32,509 nt of DNA from Candidatus Velthaea sp. Its GTDB lineage: Bacteria; Vulcanimicrobiota; Vulcanimicrobiia; Vulcanimicrobiales; Vulcanimicrobiaceae. The notes beneath the pieces are model-generated. The model saw nothing but the letters and a program-made list of their open reading frames with translations, ran no database searches and was not told where the DNA came from. Made by a program: the position numbers and the translations under genes. The DNA lies in the NCBI GenBank assembly GCA_050012475.1, contig JBEKHC010000059.1:1-32509 (forward strand), given 5' to 3'. Of the stretch, positions 18,217 to 30,227 are shown piece by piece. The first letter of the stretch is position 1. Every line of letters begins with the position of its first letter.

Positions 18217-18992
18217 CCGCCCTCGCACCCGCCGCCCCGCTGCTCGAAGTCGATCACGTCACCGTCTCGTACGACGGCTTCAAAGCACTGAACGATTTGT
18301 GTTTCTCGATGCTGCCGGGATCGGTGCACGTGCTCATCGGACCGAACGGCGCGGGAAAATCGACTCTGCTCGACACGATCATCGGCCGCGTCCGGCCGAC
18401 GCAGGGGCGCATCGTTTTCAAGGGCGAGGACATCAGCGCGTTGCCCGAATTCCGCATCGTGCAGCGCGGAATTTGCCGCAAGTTCCAAACCCCGGGGGTG
18501 CTCGACGAACTGACGATCGAAGCAAACATCCTCGTCGCGGCAACCCGCGACCGGCGTTCGTGGCGCAGCCTCACCGGCAAGCGTTCGAAGGCCGAACGCG
18601 AGCGCGTCGAAGAAGTCTTGACCTTGATCGGACTCGCTGCGAAGCGCGCGCAGCCCGCCGCGCAACTCGCGCACGGCGAACGTCAGTGGCTCGAGATCGG
18701 GATGGTCGTCGCGTCCGACGCCGACTTGCTGCTGCTCGACGAACCCGCTGCCGGGATGACGCACCGCGAAGCGGAAGCAACCGCGCAGCTCATCCGACAG
18801 CTCGCCGGCCGGCACGCGCTCATCGTCATCGATCACGACATGGATTTCGTCGAACAGATCGCTGCGCCGGTAAGCGTTCTGCACATGGGGCAAATGCTCG
18901 CGCAAGGTTCGGTCGATGACGTTCGGCGCGATCCGCAGGTCGCCGCGGTCTACCTCGGCCGGCCACAGCAGGGTGCCGATGCTCGCGCTTGA
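18213..18992 (+). CDS. urtD: Urea ABC transporter ATP-binding protein
   Basis: ATGA overlap; GPNGAGKS, RKFQTP, LAHGERQWLEIGM, LLDEPAAGM. Confidence 0.93.
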   Translation: MTALAPAAPLLEVDHVTVSYDGFKALNDLCFSMLPGSVHVLIGPNGAGKSTLLDTIIGRVRPTQGRIVFKGEDISALPEFRIVQRGICRKFQTPGVLDELTIEANILVAATRDRRSWRSLTGKRSKAERERVEEVLTLIGLAAKRAQPAAQLAHGERQWLEIGMVVASDADLLLLDEPAAGMTHREAEATAQLIRQLAGRHALIVIDHDMDFVEQIAAPVSVLHMGQMLAQGSVDDVRRDPQVAAVYLGRPQQGADARA

Positions 18993-19683
18993 GGACGTGA
19001 GCGCAGCCTACGGCCTCAGCCAAGTTCTGTCCGGGATCGGCCTGCGCGTCGAAGCCGGCGAGGCCGTGGCGCTGCTCGGCCGGAACGGGGTCGGCAAAAC
19101 CACGCTGCTGCGCACGATCATCGGGCTGCACGCCGCGGGCGGCGGGCGCATCGCCATGGATGAAACGCGCATCGACGCGTTGCCCGCCTATCGCCGCGCG
19201 CGCTTGGGCATCGGCTACGTCCCGCAAGGCCGCGGAATTTTTCCGCACCTCACGGTCGAAGAGAATCTAGCGATGGGTTCATCGGCCGTCGGCGGACGCA
19301 CGGCGTCGGGCGCGCGCGCATTCGCGAAAGTCTACGAGCTTTTTCCCACCCTGGCCCGGTTGCGCGCGCGCAAAGGCGGCGTGCTCAGCGGCGGCGAGCA
19401 GCAGCAGCTCGCCTTGGGCCGCGCGCTGATCGCCGAACCGCGCCTGCTGCTGCTCGACGAGCCGTGCGAAGGCATCCAGCCGTCGATCGTTCAGGAGATC
19501 GAAGCGGTGCTGCTGCGCGTGCGCAAAGAGCTAGGTGTCGCGCTGCTGCTCGTCGAGCAGCACCTCGATTTCGCCTGGTCGATCGCCGAACGCTACTACG
19601 TGATGCAGCGCGGCACCGTCGTGGCCGACGGCGCCACCGCGACCGACGCGAGCGACGAAGTTCTGTCGCTGCTCAGCGTCTGA
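18979..19683 (+). CDS. urtE: Urea ABC transporter ATP-binding protein
   Basis: GRNGVGKT, YVPQGR, LSGGEQQQLA, LDEPCEGIQPSI. Confidence 0.93.
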   Translation: MLALEDVSAAYGLSQVLSGIGLRVEAGEAVALLGRNGVGKTTLLRTIIGLHAAGGGRIAMDETRIDALPAYRRARLGIGYVPQGRGIFPHLTVEENLAMGSSAVGGRTASGARAFAKVYELFPTLARLRARKGGVLSGGEQQQLALGRALIAEPRLLLLDEPCEGIQPSIVQEIEAVLLRVRKELGVALLLVEQHLDFAWSIAERYYVMQRGTVVADGATATDASDEVLSLLSV

Positions 19684-19702
19684 AACCCGCCGCCGCGCGA
19701 TC

Positions 19703-20188
19703 TCAAGGCAAACTGGCCGTGCGCAGGCTGTCGACGATCGCGCTTGCGTCCAGATCGTGGGCCGAGGCAAAACCCGAAACGAGCCGGCCGGTACCGGGCG
19801 CGAGCGAAATCGCCTCGAAATCGGGCAACGTTCGCAAGATCGTCGCGGTCGCGCCGTGACGGGCGACGAGTGCCGACCAGATCGCGTCGGCTTCCGCCGA
19901 ACCGCGCGGCTGCGGGCAGGCCGACACCTGGATCGACAAGCGAGGCTGCGCGTACGCGTCGCCGCGCGCGTCGGCATCGACCAAGATGATCGTTGCCGGC
20001 CGGCGCGCGAGCAAATTGGCCGTGTGCGCGGCCAGCCGGCTGGCGACGATCGCGAACGCTCCGCCGGCCGCCGCAAACGGCACGTAACTCAACGCCGGCG
20101 ATCCGTGTTCGTCGAGGGTCGCGAGCGCGAACCAGCGCACCGCTGCGATGAGCTGCGCCGCCGACCGGCGCGGGTTCACATCGTCCAT
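19703..20188 (-). CDS. Pyridoxamine 5'-phosphate oxidase-like split-barrel protein (HugZ/HutZ-like)
   Basis: [34 protein letters not shown]...GRLVSGF. Confidence 0.8.
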   Translation of the reverse strand: MDDVNPRRSAAQLIAAVRWFALATLDEHGSPALSYVPFAAAGGAFAIVASRLAAHTANLLARRPATIILVDADARGDAYAQPRLSIQVSACPQPRGSAEADAIWSALVARHGATATILRTLPDFEAISLAPGTGRLVSGFASAHDLDASAIVDSLRTASLP

Positions 20189-20318
20189 GCCGGCCGGTTC
20201 GTCGTCGGCGTCCGGCTTCCGCGTCGAGCCGCCGCTGCGGTCCGCCGACGAAAAGGTCCCGCCGCCGGTCGTTTGCAACGAAAGGTGGCTTGAAGATGAA
20301 CGTGCGAGAGACCGTTGC

Positions 20319-20621
20319 ATGCGCTTGACCGACGTTGAACGCGACAAACTGCTGCTCAGTTATGCGGCCGAACTGGCCTGGCGCCGTCACGCGCGCGGCG
20401 TCAAACTCAACTACCCGGAGTGCGTGGCCGTGCTGTCCTCGTTCGTCCTCGAAGGCGCGCGCGACGGCGCTTCGGTCGCCGATCTGATGGACCGCGGCCG
20501 CACGGTGCTCACGCGCAACGACGTGATGGACGGAATTCCCGAAATGCTCGGCGAGGTGCAAGTGGAAGCGACGTTTCCCGACGGAACCAAGCTCGTCACC
20601 ATCCACGAGCCGATCCCATGA
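20319..20621 (+). CDS. ureA: Urease gamma subunit
   Basis: [38 protein letters not shown]. Confidence 0.97.
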   Translation: MRLTDVERDKLLLSYAAELAWRRHARGVKLNYPECVAVLSSFVLEGARDGASVADLMDRGRTVLTRNDVMDGIPEMLGEVQVEATFPDGTKLVTIHEPIP

Positions 20622-20913
20622 AGCCGGGCGAGATCATGCCGGCAGCGGGCTCGATCGAACTGCGCGCCGGGCGCGCGCGCGCGACGGTGCGCGTTGCGAA
20701 CACCGGAGACCGGCCGATTCAGGTCGGCTCGCACGCGCACTTTTTCGAGGTCAACGATGCGCTGGCGTTCGACCGCGACGCGGCGTACGGCATGTGCTTG
20801 GACATCGCTGCCGGGACCGCGATTCGCTTCGAGCCAGGCATCGAACGGCCGGTTGAGTTAGTCGCGATCGGCGGTGAGCGGCGCATCGCGGGATTGCGCG
20901 GAAAGGGCCGCGC

Positions 20914-20917
<4 letters not shown>
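20618..20917 (+). CDS. ureB: Urease beta subunit
   Basis: [34 protein letters not shown]. Confidence 0.97.
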
Positions 20918-22622
<1,705 letters not shown>

Positions 22623-22626
<4 letters not shown>

Positions 22627-23081
22627 GTGTCGTCGTCTGTTCGGCGGCGTTGGGCCGGCTCGACACGTTTGCCATTGGCGAACGCCGGCTCGAACGTGTC
22701 GTCCTCCCTTCGGACGACATGGCAAAGCGCATCGTGCGCTGCGACACGAGCGCCGGCGAGATCGCGCTGCGCTTCGAGGGGAGCGAACGTCTGCGCGATG
22801 GCGACGTAATTTTCGCCGATGACGAACGCGTGATCGCGGTGCAGGTCGACGCCGACGACGTCCTCGTGCTGCGGCCTGCAAGCATCGCGTCGGCGGTCGG
22901 GATCGCGCACGCGCTGGGAAATCGGCACCTTCCCGTGCAAATCGACGGCGACGCCATCGTGGTGCGTTTCGATCCGCTGCTCGAGGCGCTCGCCGCCGAA
23001 CACCGGGTCGCCGTGACGCGCGAGCGGCGCGTGATCGCGCAGCCCTTTCGTCATGCGCACGCGCCCCATTCGCATGACTGA
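22623..23081 (+). CDS. ureE: Urease accessory Ni chaperone
   Basis: TTG start overlaps the ureC stop (TTGA); [15 protein letters not shown], His-rich tail HAHAPHSH. Confidence 0.9.
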
Positions 23082-23784
23082 TCTCGCGGCACTCTTGCAA
23101 CTGGCCGATGCCGCATTTCCGGCCGGCGGTTTCGGCCATTCGTTCGGCTTGGAAACCGCGATCGTCGAGGGCCGCGTTCACGACGGGCCGACGCTGCGCG
23201 CGTGGATCGAAAGCTACCTGCTCGAAAGTTGCGCTACGCTCGACGGCGCGGCTATGGCGCTGCTGCTGGGCGATGCCGTTTCGATCGAGCGGCTCGACGA
23301 ACGGCTCTGCGCGGCGGTGCCGAATGCGGAGATTCGGCGGGCAAACGCGCATCTCGCTCGCGCCACGCTCGATACGTATCTGGCGCTGGGTCTGGCAGAG
23401 GAATCCCCGTCCGCGAACCCGCTCGGCGCGGCCGGTCGGCGCATCGGCGCGTACCGGGCCGCGATTGCCGGCGGCCGCTGCGGCGGCGTGCATGCGCTGG
23501 CCGCGGCCTGCGGCTACGCCGCGATCGGCGCGCCGATCGAAACGATGCTCGAAGCGTACGCGACGACGATCGTCGCGGCATTCGCGTCCGTTGCGGCGCG
23601 TGCGGTGCCGCTCGGCCAGCGCGACGTTGCCCGGGCCCGTTGGGCGCTGCGGCCGGCGATCGCGTGCTTCGTCACGCTCGGCGCCGCCGCACGCGCAATC
23701 GACGATCTCCGCGCCAGCGCTGTGGCCTGCGAGATCGACGGGTTGGCGCATCGCCGGCTCCCGGCGCGACTGTTTGCGTCATGA
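23074..23784 (+). CDS. ureF: Urease accessory protein
   Basis: [28 protein letters not shown]-terminal RLFAS. Confidence 0.93.
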   Translation: MTDLAALLQLADAAFPAGGFGHSFGLETAIVEGRVHDGPTLRAWIESYLLESCATLDGAAMALLLGDAVSIERLDERLCAAVPNAEIRRANAHLARATLDTYLALGLAEESPSANPLGAAGRRIGAYRAAIAGGRCGGVHALAAACGYAAIGAPIETMLEAYATTIVAAFASVAARAVPLGQRDVARARWALRPAIACFVTLGAAARAIDDLRASAVACEIDGLAHRRLPARLFAS

Positions 23785-24389
23785 GCGCGACCCGCATCGG
23801 CATCGGCGGCCCGGTCGGCGCGGGCAAAACCGCGCTGGTCGAACAGCTCGCGCTCGCATTTCGCGAACGCGTGGATTTGGCGGTCGTGACCAACGACATC
23901 TACACGCAGGAAGACGCGCAGATCCTCGTGCGCAGCGGTTGTCTGCCGGCCGAGCGAATTGTCGGCGTCGAGACCGGCGGCTGTCCGCATACCGCGATCC
24001 GCGAGGACGCCTCGATGAATCTGCAGGCGATTGCCGATCTCGAAGCACGCTTCCCCGGCCTGGAACTGGTCATCGTCGAAAGCGGCGGCGATAATCTCGC
24101 TGCCACGTTCAGCCCCGACCTTGCCGACGTCACGATCTACGTCATCGATGTCGCGGGCGGCGATAAGATCCCGGCCAAAGGCGGCCCGGGAATCATGCGC
24201 GCCGACTTGCTGATAATCAACAAGATCGATCTGGCGCCGTACGTCGGCGCCAGTTTGGAACGCATGCGCCGCGATGCGGCGGCGGCGCGCGGCGAACGGC
24301 CGTTCGTGCTGACGAATTTGCGTGACGGAACCGGCGTCGCCGATGTCGTGCGGTTCGTCGAGCGCGCGGCGCTGCTCGACGCCGGGTGA
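23781..24389 (+). CDS. ureG: Urease accessory GTPase
   Basis: [38 protein letters not shown]. Confidence 0.97.
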   Translation: MSATRIGIGGPVGAGKTALVEQLALAFRERVDLAVVTNDIYTQEDAQILVRSGCLPAERIVGVETGGCPHTAIREDASMNLQAIADLEARFPGLELVIVESGGDNLAATFSPDLADVTIYVIDVAGGDKIPAKGGPGIMRADLLIINKIDLAPYVGASLERMRRDAAAARGERPFVLTNLRDGTGVADVVRFVERAALLDAG

Positions 24390-25141
24390 GCTTCGGCTCG
24401 GGTTCGCTGGCCATCGCGGCTCGGCGTTCGGGTACGCGCACCGTGCTCGAACGGGTGCGGTACGAAGGCATCTCGCGCTGCAGCCGGGCGTTTGCGCGCG
24501 GCGACGCGGCGCTCGTCATGCTCTCGCAACTCGGCCCCGGCGTCGTTCGCGGCGACACGGTGACGACGGCCGGACACGTCGGCGCGGGAGCCCATCTCAT
24601 CGTCACGAGTCAAGCAGCGAACCGGCTCATGGGCGGCACGCGCGCGTCGCGGTCGCATGCACACTGGATCGTCGATGCCGAAGCGACCCTGGAGATCATC
24701 GGCGAACCGCTGGTCGCGAGCGCCGACGCCCGCTACGAGTCGACCACGTCGATCGAGCTCGGACCGGGCGCCCTCGTCGTCGTCAGCGACCTTGCTGCCG
24801 TGCCGCCCGGGGCCGACGTCCGCCTGCGAACGCTGGTAACGTGCGGCGAACGCGAGCTTTTCTACGACGCCTTCGACCCCCGGCACGCCGCACCGAAGAC
24901 GGTTGGGACCTTGGCGTTGGTCGGCCTCGCGGCCGATCGCATCGCGCCGCTCGTGGACGCTCTCGACGCCGCCGCCGATGCGCTCGCACCGCTGCGTTGC
25001 GGCGTCGGCCACTTGCCCGGCGGAGCGTTTGCGCGCATCCTCGGGCCGGACGTTTGGCCGGTGCGCGCCGGCTTGTCGGCCCTGCGTGAAGCCGCGTGGG
25101 CTCGCCTTTCCCAGCCTCCGGGGCCATACTGGGAGCGATGA
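24386..25141 (+). CDS. ureD: Urease accessory protein
   Basis: GTGA overlap with ure[25 protein letters not shown] resemble UreD/UreH. Confidence 0.85.
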   Translation: MSFGSGSLAIAARRSGTRTVLERVRYEGISRCSRAFARGDAALVMLSQLGPGVVRGDTVTTAGHVGAGAHLIVTSQAANRLMGGTRASRSHAHWIVDAEATLEIIGEPLVASADARYESTTSIELGPGALVVVSDLAAVPPGADVRLRTLVTCGERELFYDAFDPRHAAPKTVGTLALVGLAADRIAPLVDALDAAADALAPLRCGVGHLPGGAFARILGPDVWPVRAGLSALREAAWARLSQPPGPYWER

Positions 25142-25611
25142 ACGTGCCGAACGCCTTCTTCTCGCGGACAGCCTTGCTGGGTGCGGTGCTTGCGCTCGTT
25201 GGCGCCGGCCCACGGCTCGCTGCTGCCGACGAGCGCGACCCCGCCGCGGCCCCCATCGAGATCGGCGGCTGCACGATGTCCGAAGATCCGACGCCGCAAA
25301 ACCCCGAACGCGCCGGTCCGCGGACGTCCACCGTCGCCGGTCTTACCGTCGAATTGACCAACGAACGCGACGTCGCCGCGACCGGCATCCGTCTCCGCGT
25401 GCGCTATCGGGGCCAAAAGTTCACTTTCGACGACCGGGGCACGTTCGCTCCCCACCTCAAGCTGACGCGCGAGTTCACGAAGATCAACTCGGTCTTCGCG
25501 GGAGATTCTGCCGACTGCAGCGTGACATCGGTAACCTTCGCCGACGGCACCCGCTGGGACGCGCCGCCGGAAGCCGCTTCGCCGGCTCCGGCTCCCCCGC
25601 ACGGCAGCTGA
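25138..25611 (+). CDS. Secreted hypothetical protein, probable small beta-sandwich with two Cys
   Basis: ATGA overlap with ureD and GGGAG RBS; signal peptide ending AAA; C-terminal CSVTSVTFADGTRW. Confidence 0.75.
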   Translation: MNVPNAFFSRTALLGAVLALVGAGPRLAAADERDPAAAPIEIGGCTMSEDPTPQNPERAGPRTSTVAGLTVELTNERDVAATGIRLRVRYRGQKFTFDDRGTFAPHLKLTREFTKINSVFAGDSADCSVTSVTFADGTRWDAPPEAASPAPAPPHGS

Positions 25612-25752
25612 CGCGGCACGACATTCGACCCTCACGGAGGCGGGGTCATTAGCCTAAAGGTCCTATAGAGCACAGGTCCGCCTTCGCGTACAATCCCTTC
25701 AAGTATCCGGACGTTCGGCGCGCTCCAGCAGATACGAAAGCGAGCCCAGCTG

Positions 25753-28176
25753 ATGAAGACGCTTGTTCGTTGTGCCGTGGCCGCGGCTCTTATCATGAGC
25801 GGTGGGTGCGCTCACGCCGGATCGTCATCGCTGCCGCCCGCCCAGGCGCCGCTCGCGTCGCAACGCGGCGCTGTGAGTCGTCCCGCCGTCCTGCGTGCGG
25901 CGGCCGTGTCCGACAACTACTCTGCCACGGTTTTGGCGGCCGGTCCGCTGGCCTACTATCGGCTCGACGATACCGGCAGCACGGCGGTCGACAGTTCGCC
26001 CAACGGCCTCAACGGGACGCTCGGCAAGACGACGGGCAAAGGCGTGCCGGGGTTACTGGCGACGAGCAGCGACACCGCAATGAGTTTCCCCGGGACCAAA
26101 AACGGGGTGATCAGCGTTCCCGTGGCGCCGCTGCTGCAAGTCGCCGCGCAAGTCAGTCTGGAATGCTTGTTCCGGTCTGCGGGCACGGCTCCCCAAGCCG
26201 CGACCGTCATCTTCGCTTACGGCAGCGACGTGCGGTCCGCGCCCTACGACGTGTTCATCAAGAACGCCAAGCTCAACGCCCGCTTCACGCTCTCCTCCGG
26301 TCAGCTCACGGTCACGGCGCCGGCGGCTCTCCAGGCAAACACCACGTACGATGTCGTCGCGACATTTGACGGGACGACGGGGCGGCTCTACGTCAACGGC
26401 GTTCAGGTGAAGGCGACGGCACTAGCCGGCACGATCGCCGGGTATGACGGCACGCACGGGTTGGCAATCGGCGATGACGCCGGTCTCGCGGATGCCGCGT
26501 TCAACGGAACGATCGATGAAGTCGCGATCTATCCGAACGCGCTGACCGCCAACGACGTTGCGGCGCACTACGCCGCAGCCAGCGGCAACGTCGTTCCCAG
26601 CGGTTATGCCGATTGGTCGACCTTCGGCTTCGACGGGGCGCGCAGCGGAAACAATCCCGTGGAAAGGACCCTGAGTTCGAGCAACACCGGCGGGCTCAAG
26701 CTGCTCTGGAGCTACGGCTTCAAAGAAGCGCTGGGGGATGCCGTGCTGGCGCAACCGGTGCTCGCGACCGGCGTGACGACGCCGACGGGCAACCGCAATC
26801 TGGTCTACGTCGGCGCGAGCACCGGCGAGTTCGACGCCTTCGACGCCGACTCCGGAGCGCTGGTCTGGCAAAAGATGCTGCCCTCGATTCGCTACTCGTG
26901 CGGCGGCACGAGTACCGCCACCACGAGCGTCGATCGCGCCGCGACTTTCGACCGCACGACGAATCGCATCTACGTCGAAGACGGCACCGACAGCATCCAC
27001 GCGTTCGACTTGGGGACCGGAACCGAACAGGCCGGCTGGCCCGTAACGCTGGCAAATGCAACGCCCGGCCTTGAATTCCCGCATGGCGGCCTCAATTACG
27101 ACGCGTCCGATCATCTGCTCTACGCGACGACGTCGAGCACTTGCGACATCACGCCGTGGAACGGACGCGTCGCGGTCGTCGATACGCAGGCCGCCGCGCA
27201 AACCGGCGTGTTTTTCACTGTTCCCGGGCCGAACGGAACGACTGTCCCCGCCAACGGCGGCGGCGGGATTTGGGGCGACGGCGGTGTGTCGATCGACCCG
27301 CTAACACACAACGTCTTCGCGGCGGTTGGGAACGCCGACACGTCTTCAGGAAGCCCGCAGAATTCCGGTTACGGCGAAAACGTAATCGAACTGTCGTCCG
27401 GGCTGAGCCTCATCGCGGCAAACAATCCGAGTTTGCCCGACGAGGCCAGCCTCAACGATCTCGATTTCGGCGCCACGCCGACGCTCTTTCAACCTCCCGG
27501 CTGCACCCCGATGGCGGCGGCGATGAATAAGTCCGGCGTGCTCGCGCTGTACGATCGCACCAACGTCGCCGCCGGGCCGCTGCAACTGCTGGCAATGAAT
27601 CCGCCGACCGATAATGCCGACTTTGTCGGCCTGCCGGCCTATTCGCCGAAAACCAATCTCCTCTACGTTCCGCTGCCGGCGAACTTCAAGGCACCGGGAG
27701 CAACGTACACCCGCGGAATGGCGGCGCTTCGATTCCAAGGCTGTTCGCTGCAAGCGTCACCGGTTTGGAATGCGTCGTTCGGCATCTCCGTCGCCAATAA
27801 ACAGTTTGACGTTCGCCACTCGCCGCCGACGATAGCAAACGGCGTCGTCTTCATCAGCGACGGTCCGGGTCAGACTCTCTACGCCTTCGACGCAAGCTCG
27901 GGGAAACGGCTCTGGACGAGCGGGAAGCTTTCCGACACGATTTATACGGCGCCCGTCGTCGATAAGAACGTCTACGTGACGGACCTCGGCACGCTCTATG
28001 CCTTCGGGCTTCCGGCGTCGGCAAACGCTGCCGCCGTAGCCGCCGGGAACACGGCTGTGCTCAGCACGGCCAGCGCGACCGCGAGCGCCGTGCCGCGGCG
28101 ACTGGGCACCATTCATACCGGTCCGCAACCGCGACGCCCGCACCACGTCGTGCCGCTCTTCGAAACGCGCGACTAG
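25753..28176 (+). CDS. Putative lipoprotein with LamG/concanavalin-like domain and PQQ/BamB-like beta-propeller
   Basis: Lipobox-like MSGGC; LAYYRLDD, VVATFDG..LYVNG, FNGTIDEVAIY (LamG); AFDADSGALVW, GGGIW, LYAFDASSGKRLW (propeller). Confidence 0.85.
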   Translation: MKTLVRCAVAAALIMSGGCAHAGSSSLPPAQAPLASQRGAVSRPAVLRAAAVSDNYSATVLAAGPLAYYRLDDTGSTAVDSSPNGLNGTLGKTTGKGVPGLLATSSDTAMSFPGTKNGVISVPVAPLLQVAAQVSLECLFRSAGTAPQAATVIFAYGSDVRSAPYDVFIKNAKLNARFTLSSGQLTVTAPAALQANTTYDVVATFDGTTGRLYVNGVQVKATALAGTIAGYDGTHGLAIGDDAGLADAAFNGTIDEVAIYPNALTANDVAAHYAAASGNVVPSGYADWSTFGFDGARSGNNPVERTLSSSNTGGLKLLWSYGFKEALGDAVLAQPVLATGVTTPTGNRNLVYVGASTGEFDAFDADSGALVWQKMLPSIRYSCGGTSTATTSVDRAATFDRTTNRIYVEDGTDSIHAFDLGTGTEQAGWPVTLANATPGLEFPHGGLNYDASDHLLYATTSSTCDITPWNGRVAVVDTQAAAQTGVFFTVPGPNGTTVPANGGGGIWGDGGVSIDPLTHNVFAAVGNADTSSGSPQNSGYGENVIELSSGLSLIAANNPSLPDEASLNDLDFGATPTLFQPPGCTPMAAAMNKSGVLALYDRTNVAAGPLQLLAMNPPTDNADFVGLPAYSPKTNLLYVPLPANFKAPGATYTRGMAALRFQGCSLQASPVWNASFGISVANKQFDVRHSPPTIANGVVFISDGPGQTLYAFDASSGKRLWTSGKLSDTIYTAPVVDKNVYVTDLGTLYAFGLPASANAAAVAAGNTAVLSTASATASAVPRRLGTIHTGPQPRRPHHVVPLFETRD

Positions 28177-28215
28177 CCGCCGTTTCGCTGCTCATCGACG
28201 CCGCGGCTTCAATGG

Positions 28216-28593
28216 TCAGGCACTTTGAACGATGAAGAATGCGCCCAGTACGAGCACCGCGATGACGCCGAGCGCCGCGATCGTCGGCGACACGACCAAT
28301 CCCATGCCGATGGATGTCAGCGCTGCTGCGGCTGCGATCGGCAGCGGGGAGCGGATGCTGTACGAGCCGACGATCTCACCGGCCGCGTCGGCATTGCCGG
28401 CGGTTGCCGAATCGCCGCACAAATCAGCTTCCCGTTCGGCGACGATCATGTAGCCGGCGACGAAGCTCAAACCGAAGGCCATAAAGCCCAGCAGCATCGT
28501 TCCCGCCGGTTCCCGCGCAACCAGCCAATACGCAACCGCAATGACGATTGCGAAAACGGCCGAACTCACGAACAGCCGCAGCCCGATCGTCAT
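28216..28593 (-). CDS. ctaF: Cytochrome c oxidase subunit IV (actinobacterial CtaF/Cox4-like)
   Basis: ATGA overlap with ctaD; hydrophobic; YW...EPAGT..L and D.AGE..G.Y...S..P resemble the CtaF family. Confidence 0.75.
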   Translation of the reverse strand: MTIGLRLFVSSAVFAIVIAVAYWLVAREPAGTMLLGFMAFGLSFVAGYMIVAEREADLCGDSATAGNADAAGEIVGSYSIRSPLPIAAAAALTSIGMGLVVSPTIAALGVIAVLVLGAFFIVQSA

Positions 28594-30227
28594 CGCGCTG
28601 CGCTCGGGTCGAGTTCGGGATGGCGCGCATCGAAAACCGGACGCTCGCTGCGGATCGGCGGCAGCATGTCGAAGTTGTGCTCGGGCGGCGGCGAACTCGT
28701 GGCCCATTCCAGCGAGTTTGCGTTCCACGGGTCGGGACCGGGGGGCTCGCGGTCGAACGCGCTCATCACGACGTTTGCGATGAAGGTGACCACGCCGGCC
28801 GCCATCAGGTAGGATCCGCACGTCGCCACGAGGTTGAGCAGCGGAAGCGTCCCGGTCGCGTCGTAGGTAGAGACGCGGCGCGGCATCCCTTCGAGCCCCA
28901 TGAAATGCATCGGAAAGAACGTGACGTTGAACCCGATGAACAGCAGCCAGAAACACCAGCTGCCCAAGCGCTCGTTCAGTTTGCGTCCGAACATCTTCGG
29001 CCACCAGAAAAAGAGCGCGGCAAAAATCGCGAACAGGCTTCCGCCCCCCAACACATAGTGCATGTGCGCAACGATGAAATAGGACTGATGCGCTTGGAAA
29101 TCGATCGGCGGCGAAGCGATCATGACGCCGGTGATGCCGCCGAGCAGAAAGTTCATCAAGAAACCGATCGAGAACAGCATCGGCGTGGCGAACGTTATCG
29201 AGCCGAGCCACAGGGTGGCAATCCAGTTAAAGAACTTTACCCCCGTCGGCACCGCGATGAGAAACGACATGAAGCTGAAGAACGGGTCGTCGACCGCGCC
29301 CGAGGTGAACATGTGGTGCGCCCAGACACCCATCGACAGCCCGGCAATCGCGAACGCGGCCAATACCAAGCCGGTGTAGCCGAAGATCGGCTTGCGCGAG
29401 AAAACCGGGATGATCTCGCTGATCACCCCGAAGTACGGCAGGATCATCACGTAGACTTCGGGATGGCCGAAAAACCAAAACAGATGCTGCCACAGCACCG
29501 GGCTCCCGCCGTAACCTGGATCGAACGCGTGACCGCCCAAATGACGATCGACAAAGAGCAAGAGCAGATCCGCAGCCAGAGCCGGAAAGGCCATGAAGAT
29601 CAGCAGCGCCGTTGCGACCATCTCCCAAGCGAAGATCGGGATCCGCCACATCGTCATCCCGGGCGCGCGATAGATAAATACCGTGGTGATGAAGTTGATT
29701 GCGGTCAAGATGGTCGCGACCGAAACGATGAACACGCCGACAATCCAGAGATCTTGCCCCAATCCCGTCGAGAGCTTGATCTCCGACAGCGGCGCGTACG
29801 CGGTCCAGCCGGTTGCCGCCGCACCTTCGTTCGTCATGGCGCCGGCGAAAATGACCAACCCGCCGAACAAGAACATCCAGTACGAGGTCGCGTTGAGCCG
29901 CGGAAACGCCATGTCGGGCGCACCTACTTGGAGCGGCAGCAGAAAGTTGGCCAGACCCAATGCGAACGGCGCGACGAATAAAAAGATCATCGCGGTTCCG
30001 TGCAGCGTGAACAATTCGGCATAGGCATGGGCGCCCACGAAGTCATTCGCCGGCCGGGCGAGCTGCGTGCGCATCACCAAAGCTAAGACCCCAGCCACGC
30101 CGAAGTACAGCAGGCTGGTCGTCAAGTACAAGATGCCGATGCGCTTGTGGTCGGTGGTCGTAATCCAGCTGAGCACATCGCCGCGCGGGGAGGCGGCGAT
30201 GAGCCCGGCGGGGGCGGCTGCGCTCAC
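28590..30227 (-). CDS. ctaD: Cytochrome c oxidase subunit I, type A1
   Basis: GTG 30227 overlaps the ctaC stop; TTTDHKRIG, TLHGT, WFFGHPEVY, WAHHM, AHMHY, GMPRR. Confidence 0.97.
   Translation of the reverse strand: MSAAAPAGLIAASPRGDVLSWITTTDHKRIGILYLTTSLLYFGVAGVLALVMRTQLARPANDFVGAHAYAELFTLHGTAMIFLFVAPFALGLANFLLPLQVGAPDMAFPRLNATSYWMFLFGGLVIFAGAMTNEGAAATGWTAYAPLSEIKLSTGLGQDLWIVGVFIVSVATILTAINFITTVFIYRAPGMTMWRIPIFAWEMVATALLIFMAFPALAADLLLLFVDRHLGGHAFDPGYGGSPVLWQHLFWFFGHPEVYVMILPYFGVISEIIPVFSRKPIFGYTGLVLAAFAIAGLSMGVWAHHMFTSGAVDDPFFSFMSFLIAVPTGVKFFNWIATLWLGSITFATPMLFSIGFLMNFLLGGITGVMIASPPIDFQAHQSYFIVAHMHYVLGGGSLFAIFAALFFWWPKMFGRKLNERLGSWCFWLLFIGFNVTFFPMHFMGLEGMPRRVSTYDATGTLPLLNLVATCGSYLMAAGVVTFIANVVMSAFDREPPGPDPWNANSLEWATSSPPPEHNFDMLPPIRSERPVFDARHPELDPSAAR

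Noticed and set aside
20274..20319. TGCAACG/CGTTGCA inverted repeat reaching the ureA start
   Set aside because: Only 7-bp arms with a 32-nt loop; plausible by chance.
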